Source: Perna viridis (Eukaryota). From it: a stretch of DNA of 64,000 nt. Below are positions 54,248 to 64,000 of this stretch, piece after piece. Within the stretch, counting starts at the first letter, position 1. Each line of letters opens with the position of its first letter. The position numbers and the translations under genes were made by a program. The notes beneath the pieces were generated by a model. It saw only the letters and a program-made list of their open reading frames with translations. It had not been told where the DNA came from and ran no database searches. The stretch covers positions 27,156,001 to 27,220,000 of the forward strand of contig CM074518.1 of assembly GCA_037379345.1 (NCBI GenBank), given 5' to 3'.

Positions 54248-54680
54248 TAACGATCCATGAGTTCATTGGTGACGACCATAAAACTTCTGTAGTGATGACT
54301 TCAATCTTGCAGCAATATGACCCTGTTCCAGAAGCCTATTTGTTAGAATTCTAGCGCGATACAGAAAGGCTTCGTAGTTTCGGCAAGCTCTGGCATAATG
54401 TATGAGTTGTGATATGAACACTCCATACACAGGTGCTGAAGGGGTGTTGCCATAGAAGAAAGAAATGCTGACAATTCTGAATGAAAAGTTATTTGTCCTA
54501 AAGTTTGGTCAATATTTTTTCTTTACCATCGATTTCTTAGTGTAGGTCAAGATATGGGGCTGACTTCACAGTGTCTGTAGTATCCTTTATCTCAAGTTCT
54601 TTGGCGTAGATGCGATGTATCAAATCCCCAAAATTAGGATTGTTCAAAGATAATATGTGATTAATATGGCGGAAACTGAG
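54248..54680 (-). mobile_element. Penelope-like RT C-terminal fragment
   Basis: Collinear with 46870-47290. Confidence 0.88.
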
Positions 54681-57600
54681 AAATCCCTAACAATTTAATT
54701 ACAGACAACTCAAATTTCGCTATTAACTGAAAAAGCCTACATGTATTTTTTATTGACTGCATGAGAAAACAGTTATTATTTCCTTGAAAACCTATAGTTC
54801 TTGTGTGTCATCTTTGTATTTTTGAAACGGATGACTCATTAGGAAGGTAATATGATTCATTGTTGAACAAATTTACAAAAGCTTGTTTGACGCATTACAT
54901 ACGTTGAAAACAAAATGCCTTTAACAGGAGAAATGGTAGAAACATATGAAATTCCAAATATTCTACTTTTAATTATAAATTCATTATTGTCACCTTAAAA
55001 TTACGCACCTCGAATAAATTCAATACATCAGTAAGTAAAACAGTAGTACGTAAAATGTCTTCTTTATATCGTTAATATAATATAGAAATAACATTTTGGT
55101 TTAGGTATTTTTCCGGAGTAGGTGTGGCATTCATTTTTTTCACCCAATGGAAAAGTTCAAATATATATTCATCAGGCTCGTTTGAAGCTTAGATACAATT
55201 TAAATGCACTGTATGATACAAAACCTTGTTTGAATTACTGTACTAAGAAAACATGGCAGTAACATGTGATATAGAATAAAATCGTAAATTCTGAAAGTGC
55301 TCCATTCTCCAATTCAAAAAGTCATTGCAACCCGTAAGGGAAAATCGTAGAGCCTGAATAGATAAGAAATGTTGGATACTTGATTACCGTAATAATGAAT
55401 GCTTGAATATAAGTTTTACAGTTACGGTATGTTGTCAAAAAACAATTTGAGACAGTTTTCCAAATTAGAGACGTTTTTGTCGAGCAATAACTCACGGGAT
55501 CAAACTATGCAAATTTTTATTTGAAAATCGAAAATTTCAATTTTTGCAATTTTCTATTAATTCGTAGTATGAAAATCGCAACAAGTCATCAAAACAACTA
55601 TAGACGTTTTAATTGCAATAGTACTAACGAGTAAATGCCGATTTAAACATTTTTATTGAAGGATAAATTCTCTAGGGGTTTTGACAATGAAAAAATGTCA
55701 ATGTTATGGTGGGGTAGGTGTATAAACTTTTCATTTTACTACACAACCTGTCTCAGAAGGAGGAAGTTAGAAGAATGAAAAAAGAAAGATTTTTGCCTAA
55801 ACGAGGTATAAACAATGACAAAAAAAAAAAAACTGCATTAGTTAATTTTTGCGACAAAATGGTTCAGATATGGGAGGTGTAAAGGTACCTTAAATCATAT
55901 GTTGGTTGGAAAGTTGGGGTGCACAGGGATCATCTTAGCCCACTTACACCTACTAACATTTTAAACGATAATAGCAGACCACAATTCAATCTTGAATAGT
56001 TTGCCATTTTCATCGGGTTCTGTCCAGAAATAATTTCAACAGATATCTTAGACTTCATCAAAAAAGTTCTTATCGAATTACTTCCCCTTCCCACAAAAAC
56101 TAAATAAAGATAAATTATTGATTGATGGATTATATCTTTCTTAAATCAACAGTGACCTGTGCATTTTGTAGTTGAACATTTTATACTCGCATGGTGCTTG
56201 TTATATAATAAAAGTATTATGTTGATAAACAAAAAGGTAAAGGTAACCTATCATAATGTATATCCTCCGTAACAATGGGGCAGTAGATGATTCATGGTCG
56301 AAACATGCTTCAGATATACAAGTATGTTGCATTAGCTTGTATAGTGATTCGAAGGTTCATAGATGTATAGCATTTTACGGAGCTTCATATTGTAAACCTA
56401 AAAGCAAGGAAAATCTGGTAAGAACCATCTACGAAAATGACCAGAAACCAAATTCGAATGTACATGTAACTTTTGTTAATCTGTTGGGTATTGCTCTGTC
56501 CGCAAACGCACAACTAAACTTCTAACTCTTTTTTTCACGACAGTTGAGGATGGATTGAAAATTAACTGCAGTAAACATGCAAATGGCATGAATCAGTCAG
56601 ATGTGAATTCTAAAAAAGCAAAAGCCTTACAAGATTGTCTTTCTACTAATAGCCTCAACATTTGAAACAGTATACCAACTTTTTTTTTAAATATGTACCT
56701 TGTATTCCTCACCTGCAGTTGACAAGCATAAGTTGGTTCTGTGTAATAATGCTTACCATTATTTAAAAAAGGGGAGACTTGCGAGTATGCCTTCCTTGTA
56801 GTAAGTAGATGAAAAGAGTATTTTGCATGAGAAACTACACTAAATTAAAAAAAGAAATTAATCGCACGAACATCGTGAAAGGGCTATATGCTTAAATAAA
56901 GATACGATCATTCCAATAAACGCTTGTAAAATAAGTCTTTGATATTACGTTTGTATGTTCTCTAATAATTTGTCAATGTATGGATATAAAGATCAAGTTC
57001 AATCGTCGAGCACTCAATAATTGGGTTGTACCTGTTGCATGGAGATTTTTAACATTTCGGATAATATTTCATCATTTTCATGTATATCTTGCATCATGCA
57101 CGTGCATTCTTATGATTTTCGCTAGATTTTAGTTACCTCGATTACTCGTTTTCATAAATTAAACGCAATCGGCTAAATGTTGATCTCTTTTTTGAGCAGT
57201 GTGGGATTTACATTGTTGTAATTATAATCATATTGGATTTAACGAACTTGAACTGCCACTGGCGGGCTGAACATAATTACCCTTCCATAGCACACCATAA
57301 CCTTCCAGATGTTTGGATGATTTAATTTTGCAAGTAGTCTAGTTTCTTATGTATCTTGTTTTCCTTATCTTTAGTATTATGTTTGTAAAATTTATTTCAT
57401 CCTTTTTGCTATACATGGTGTATGTTGGATTCTAATTTTCACGATCAATAGTTAATAGCTTGTGGTAATCCGGTCCATTATGTAGCAGTATACTGTGGCG
57501 AAAGCTATGTTTTTTTTTTTCATCATAAATATGTAATCAATTAATTTATCTTTCCATTTAGCTAATGTTAAAACTTTGTCACAAACCAAATTAAGAATAA

Positions 57601-58573
57601 TAATCTATGTGTACATATTTTAAGTAATTGTGTACGATTGATACGCTAAAGTAAGCATATTTTAAGCATTGTGTATCATGGTTATTTGTTGTTCGTATCA
57701 TTAAGATTAAGATAACATTCGTAAATATTGATTGCACTTTTGCGGTATGTTCGTCAGATTCTTCTGCAATTTTTCAACTGGATATTAGGCAATGAAAACT
57801 GTTAGAGAATTTTTCCTGATGTTGGTCGCATTTTCAAATTACTTTGTCTTCTCAGCTGAATACATACAAATAATGCTTAAAGGATCGATAAATGTAAATA
57901 TGCAGACAAAAAACTCTCTCATAATACTAGTCGTTCATTGTATTAGACAACGTCTTGAAAATAAATGTCAAAATGTGAAACATTGTAAATGTATAGGTAG
58001 GAATTTGACTTATTCATTTACACATATTAGGAACCTCTGAACCAATTGTTTCATAAAATTGCACTGTAATCAACTTCCAATTTATAAATCAGACTCTCTG
58101 TCTCAACTTTTTTTTGTTGCGTGATCAATTGAATATGTAATCAATTTTTCGAAATGATATGACAATTTCCACCCATTACGTGATTCTAGTGGGGCCGATA
58201 TGGAAATGTACTGTAAAAGTACCAGTACTCAAAACGATTCAACCTGGTTATTGAGGAAGATATTTACGTAGGTATATTGGTATAACGTAGCTATAAATAA
58301 TCATACAAACAAATTCATTAGTATTTCTTAGAAAGAAATAACGCTGTTGTACAATAGAAACTACCTCTTTTTTATTTCTAAAACATCAATTTTAATAAAT
58401 GAATTGATATAAAATATATAACATAATATTGCATAATACTAGTTATCAAGTTAAGCAATTATCCAAATCTTTAAAATATCTGAGCCTCGCTATAAAAATT
58501 CAGCTTTTCAAGTCTTCAAGAATTCGTTTTTCTGTATTTGTTGACAACTGCATGAACATCGTTTTTATGTTCT

Positions 58574-58958
58574 TTAGCTTTGTTTATCAACAACTGCATA
58601 TTCACATCCATCATCTCCCGGTGCAATTACATGTTTAACAGAGGACGAACTGTCATCCCTGTCCTCATATGGTTTTTCGCCCTCATTATCATAGGATTCT
58701 TTTTCATCTTTGATTTTGTCATTGTTACGAGTCGCATTTGACTTAATTTGATAATTCGGTAGTTCATTCAAGTCTATTTCGCTACAGTTTGTCTCTACTT
58801 CATAAGCGACATGATGTATACCCTCTTTCTTCAATTCTTTACGACTGTTTATAATATCATGTACTCCATCATCTTCATGCAAAGCGTATAAACTGTTGTA
58901 CTGAAGTCCATATTCATCGTTGTCCTCTTGTTGTTCGTTATTTGTCTTTGCTTTCCTC
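58574..58958 (-). CDS. Gene A exon 6, acidic cytoplasmic tail (EYGLQYNSLY ... EYAVVDK)
   Basis: tacatag acceptor phase 2; homologous to gene C tail (DYDLQYNTLY, HMIAPGTDG/HVIAPGDDG, VVDK). Confidence 0.85.
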
Positions 58959-61900
58959 CTATGTAAATTAAAACATTTTTACACTATGAAATACTGTCAT
59001 AAACTTTTATTTTCAACGGAACTGTATAAATAATATAGTTCAACATTCTAAAATCATTTCGAAATTCCACTGTTATTTTCGAGATATATTGAATTGAACA
59101 CTAGTACTAGTACTGGTAAGATCATTGCATATGCATTAAGATTTTAATTAAAGAATTCCTTATTTACTTCAACACATGATATATTGATAGTCATTACTAA
59201 TAGTAAGACCAATCAATTAAGTTATATTTTTGGTAGGCCTTGCCATAAGGATTATTTTATGTTTCTCTTTATATGTTAAGGCTTTCAACATAAAGGTCTA
59301 CACAGCCAAATTTTATTTGCACTTTCAATGACAAAACTTAATAAAAGGAATTGTAGAAACTTCATTCAATCGCGACGCATTGGAGTTTTAAAAGATGTCA
59401 TATAAATATTTCTAACCAATAGTTCCCTTAGCAGTCGGATCATTTCATTTTTTCAACGTTTCCTATGATAAATTATTAATCGTAAGATGTAAAGTGCAGA
59501 ATGCTATCCGTCCCCCCTTTCAAGGGAATATATCGTTTTAACAATATCCTATTAACATTCTTGTATGCTTATCATTAATATCATTTCATTAACTGAAAGT
59601 TTCTTTCTTTATTATATTATGGCTTCCAATATACTATGAGGAAGGTGAAATCTTAAACGCTCCCGAAAAAAACATATGCATTCAAACACCTAAGTCCTTT
59701 CATAATTTTTGTCAGCCCTGTGATCATCATCTTTTAAAGTTGTACAAGGTGTCATGATATGCGTTTTTTTTTATATTTTCATAATGCAAACTCCTATCGT
59801 CATGGTCTAATATTTGTATGGGCCGAAATGTCCAACTTCGGTAAGGAACTGAGGGTTGTCATGGTTCGAAATGTCTTTGAGTCGAATTGTCCGGTATTGA
59901 TAAGCTGATTACGAACACAACATTCGGGTGTCATGTTTTGACCATCCGTATATAGGAATGATTTCAGAGGAGACTATAATTTTTACACTTTTAAGGACGA
60001 ACGACGAACAACAGACAAAAGATTAACTTTGAACGATAGGGGATTGCAGCAGCACAAACAACCAAACAAAACAAAGCAATATTCTGCTGCACCGTGTGGA
60101 TGAACTTGATGCTAATATATGTTTTTCTTTTATTGTGTAAGATTATATTCATACAATGGTTTTAGTGTAATAATCTGTTGAAAGTATGCAATCTGATTAA
60201 ATTGGGAAGAAAATTATCATTACCTTGATTTTATTATGAAAAAAATTATTATCAGTACAATAAGTCCAACTCCACCAAACCCACTGCCAATGACTATGTA
60301 CAGATTGTGGTAGCTTTCTGCAATATTCAACATACATACGAACAATTATCATACTAACAGGGTTGACAAAATTAAAAGATAAAACAAGTTCGTTGAAGTC
60401 AATGTTGAAGAACAATATTTTAAAAGCATAATATAAGAAATTAAAAAAAAGAAAATTAGATTAAATTCATGATCAAATTATACTCATGCCAAGATTACAA
60501 GTCTAACACAAATTTTCAAAACATAAACGGGTATCATATAAATTCACATCAGCGATAATATAAAACGTATATTTTAACTTCATGAAATGGCAATAAAAAT
60601 AGGTAAAAAACATATAGTTAGTTCCCCATTTTAAGGATGTGTTTAGAAATAAAAACAAATTGTATTAATCCTTCCCATGTTCTGGCATTCTATTAAATCG
60701 TTACCGTCATCTTTATTCCTAAGTTTATCGTTTGTATTTCCTTTTGGACTCCCTTGCCATAAATCAGTCTGATTACAAGTAATATTTAGCCTATTACCTC
60801 GGTCTATAAAATTAGAGAGATAATGTTCAGTATTTTGAAGACACTAAAGTGCATAGATCCAGTAAAATAATGCAAGTTATAAATATTGTTTACATATGGT
60901 TGATTCAGATCAATTTAAATTAATTATAAGCATCACTTGTATCATTTGCATAACTAACAATTGCATTGATTATTGTAAAAACCTAAGAACCTTCGTTAAG
61001 CTTTTGTATACGCTATTCACTAAATTGATTATTTCATTGTTATTTATATGCTATTTTGTACTTACCTATTGAAATGCTGAAACAGTACCTTGATTCTGCA
61101 GCAAGGGTTTCTTTGATAAATGTAATATCAAGATTTTGTGACACATTAATGGGCATCGAACCGTTTATAGCACAGCTCTGTGTTATACTTTGAAACGCAT
61201 GCTGATAAAAAATTACTTTGCTATTACAATTACTACTTTTCAATGGAGGCCAAAATTGGTATCCTTGAAAATGGATGTAATTGGCGGTGTCGAATACTGC
61301 TTTCGCTGTGCACGTACAGCTTTTGACTGATTCGTTGGTGCTAAGATTTCCGTCTATCACAAAAATACTCTTTTGAGAGACTGTTGAACCAGAGCAAAAT
61401 CTGATCACTGAAAAACAACATGATCTGAGTTACTCTCCTTTGTCAAGCTTTTAAAATATGTATAAACATTGTACAAATACGAATTCATATTCAAAATTGG
61501 TTTAAAGGGATAATGCTTTTTGCGGATATTGATATGCTTTTGATAAAACATAAGAAATATGAAAGCAATATGGAATGAGTTTTGTTTGTGCGCTCTAAGT
61601 ACATTTTTGTCACATTAACATGAATTAATTATCTGCAACACAACGGCATTTCAATATTGTCGAATGTAAACTAAATAAGCAATATGTTATCGCGTCTAAA
61701 CGCAGTATTTTCCGAAGAGACCGTGAATTAAACAAGTGTTACCTGAAATTATTTTTTTTCTTTTCAAAATAAGTTAAAGTCAGAGGTCAATTCGCGTATG
61801 ACGTGGACTTTTGTTTTTTCGATGATTTGAATATTTGTATTGTAATGGATATCAAATTAAAACGGCACTTACAAGGGAGGTTCCTGTTATTTGCTTCATC

Positions 61901-62826
61901 TGCACAATCGCTTCCGACCGATGAGGATGTTACTAAATCAATAACTATAAAAAGAAAGTACAAACTTCAGACTTACTTATTTGTATACGACAATTCAAAT
62001 CATCAAGTGAAATATGATTTATTTTTTTCAGAGGATTCAAAATTGCTACTTAGCGTTTTATTTTCTGTTGCCGTCAGAGATTGATTCAAATGTAGTATCA
62101 CTTCTATTATAATTGCAAGAGAATAAGAGTATCGATGAAAACTAAAATAACAGGTGCAATTAAAGAAATGCACAAAAAAGACGATCAACTGAATAACATG
62201 TAGGGCAAAATTAAAATATCTATAGGTCTTATTATGCATAAAAAAATCAAAGAAAACAAAACGCCCCATCATTGTGTGTTATTAAATGATTCTAATAATA
62301 ATATTGTGTTGAAGGTTTCCAGAAGATCTTTCATTTTTTCAGGATCTAGATTGAATAAATACCACTACGGTAGTAACAAGTATTGAGGTAGAGCTGGATA
62401 CCTTCTTTTACAGCTGTGTATATAGAAGTTAGAAGTTTTGTAAGTGGTTTGGAGGTACATTTTGTAGATCCAGCTATTTAGCGTTAAGTGTATGGATTCT
62501 TGTCGAGTTTAGGAATCAAGTACATAGACGGTAAATCACAATCGTCTCATCGGTAGATAAATCAAAATAGGACAGCACAAGTTTGTGGTTTTCCACTATT
62601 TCTTTTCGGAGAGTGTTGTAGCAGTATAGGTCTGGCTACAAAGGCAATAAATCGATTGTACAATAAGTGTAAATTGAGTACTACTTACAGTTACAATATT
62701 AGATATAAGGAGCTTACAGATATAGAGTTTCTACTATTCTTAGAAATTAAACATACCTACGTTGTTGGTAACACAAAGTATCAGCATTCGCATTTGTATT
62801 ATTAATTTTCCGTATTTATGACCCAT
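58574..62826 (-). CDS. Gene A: intact 6-exon type-I transmembrane receptor-like protein (353 aa; signal peptide, 8-Cys ectodomain, short stalk, TM, Tyr-motif tail). Exons 62826-62757, 61944-61873, 61407-61066, 60803-60705, 60317-60224, 58958-58574
   Basis: All introns GT-AG; phases 1,1,1,1,2; summed length 1062 nt = 354 codons with no internal stop. Exons 2-6 have clear paralogs elsewhere in the window; exon 1 is assigned on phase and signal-like character. Confidence 0.8.
60224..60317 (-). CDS. Gene A exon 5, transmembrane helix (LYIVIGSGFGGVGLIVLIIIFFIIKSR)
   Basis: tgcag acceptor, AG|GTAATG donor, 94 nt phase 1-2, same length as TM exons of genes B and C. Confidence 0.85.
60705..60803 (-). 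CDS. Gene A exon 4 (DRGNRLNITCNQTD...), 8th Cys plus short stalk
   Basis: tttatag acceptor, GTAACG donor, 99 nt phase 1-1; homologous to LQLTCNQTE at 24716-24808. Confidence 0.85.
61066..61407 (-). CDS. Gene A exon 3, Cys-rich domain (FC...IDG...CTC...NC.S...SC..NGSMPI...RYCF)
   Basis: tttttcag acceptor, GTAAGT donor, 342 nt phase 1-1, open frame (ORF track 61040-61408). Confidence 0.9.
61873..61944 (-). CDS. Gene A exon 2 (IDLVTSSSVGSDCADEANNRNLP)
   Basis: tttttatag acceptor, GTAAGT donor, 72 nt phase 1-1. Matches ECEDEANNTNLP (27141-27206), ACTDYANVSGLP (14329-14388) and LCSDGAASKSLP (38036-38095). Confidence 0.85.
62315..62632 (-). mobile_element. Penelope-like RT N-terminal fragment in gene A intron 1
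   Basis: Collinear with 47715-48025 (CDLPSMY..PKL, AGS.KC). Confidence 0.8.
62757..62826 (-). CDS. Gene A exon 1, signal-peptide-like MGHKYGKLIIQMRMLILCVTNNV
   Basis: ATG, phase-1 donor G|GTATGT. An acceptor-like ttttgtag lies 5 nt upstream, suggesting a non-coding exon further right. Confidence 0.6.
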
Positions 62827-63019
62827 AACAACTACAAAATAATAAAATAGTCTATAAACCAATCCATTGTATAAAATCACGTTGAGATTAATTTCGTTAT
62901 ATGGCTTCTAAGATAGAAGTGCAATATGAATGAGTCTGTCTTTACATGTATATACTGAAAAGTAATGTTTTGGTGATACCCAATTATAAAGAATAGCAAG
63001 TTTCCCTTTGTACCCCAGG

Positions 63020-63165
63020 TCCATACTCCCTGTTTTGGTGGAGTGCAGGTTGCTCGTTTTGTTTATTTGTACGTTTTATTTTCAATATTTCATGTGCTGT
63101 GTTTTTTTCCATGTCTAGTGTTGTATTAGTCCTTGGAATATGTAATTTTCTCTCCCATGATTGCT
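63020..63165 (+). mobile_element. Highly decayed Penelope-like 3' tail
   Basis: ggtccatactccctgttttggtggagtgcaggttgctc. Confidence 0.6.
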
Positions 63166-64000
63166 CTTTGTGAATATAGGTTTTTGTTTCCTTTTTTTCG
63201 TTTTGATTTTATGTTTCTTTTTTAAACCTTATTGACAATCTGTTTCTAAAGCTGAACAATATTAAAAACTGGACTATTTTATTTGATAAATAACGTTCAT
63301 ACTCGTATATTTTAGGCTTAATTGTAGTAAAGAGTGAAGATCAGAGGCGGATGCAGAGATTTTGGAGAAAGAGGACCAGAGATAATCCAGTAAAGAGGGG
63401 ATTCATGACTATCATTTTCCAAATTTTGTTATAAAATTGCATGAAATCACCAAAACCTGTTACAGAAAGGTTATCCATACTCCCGAACTCCCACACCTGA
63501 CAGTAAAACTGATAGGACATGTTTATATTTATTAAAATTCAATAATACTAGTTCTATAAATGCTGCAAATGTCGGCATATTTTGATAAATAAGTTATGAT
63601 ATCTGATAAAATAAATCGGGTGCGTATATTCATACATGTTTGTTTAAAATATACATCAATATTTTATCCATGCACGAATGAGCATTATTTCGAAATATCG
63701 GAAAACCGGTTTTATGCATAGTAATAAATATTTATATACATGTTGTACATATTTATCATAATGCCTAAATAGTTGTCAAATAAAATATATTTTGTTATAT
63801 TGTAAAATTATAACGATTATATTTATTTGACTTTGTCATATCGACCAAAATGTTAATATGCAGCGTTCTCAGATTAGCTGGGATTTGCATAATACGCTAA
63901 TATTAAGTTTGTTTGCCATTTTCCCTGATATTACCTACAAACAATATGTCAATTTCGTAGGTACTGACAGGAAAACAGCTGGATATATTCCTCACCTTTT

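Overview
AT-rich, intron-rich eukaryotic DNA. The repeat content looks invertebrate, most likely a bivalve mollusc (inference). There are two assembly gaps and no rRNA, tRNA or CRISPR. The main content, largely invisible in the ORF track, is a minus-strand tandem cluster of a 6-exon type-I membrane receptor family. Exon order: signal peptide / short C-x-D-x-A-x4-LP exon / ~114-118 aa Cys-rich domain exon / variable stalk exon carrying the 8th Cys / 94-nt TM exon / Tyr-motif tail. I reconstructed these by hand from splice sites and phases. Gene A (58574-62826) is fully in frame (353 aa). Gene C (31186-38095, exon 1 probably 44309-44369) is intact apart from a premature stop in the tail. Genes B (~51.2-52.5 kb), D (~23.1-27.6 kb) and F (~0.8-3.4 kb, a segmental duplicate of D) are pseudogenes, and an orphan exon 2 (E) lies at 14.3 kb. 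About 25 fragments (~11.5 kb, ~18%) of Penelope-like retroelements are interspersed. Their RT has no C-terminal GIY-YIG, and their 3' UTR holds a conserved multibranch stem-loop. Also present: a decayed Ty3/Gypsy element, a SINE-like insertion, a TTAA-flanked Kolobok-type MITE, a 1.5 kb foldback element family and palindromic MITEs.
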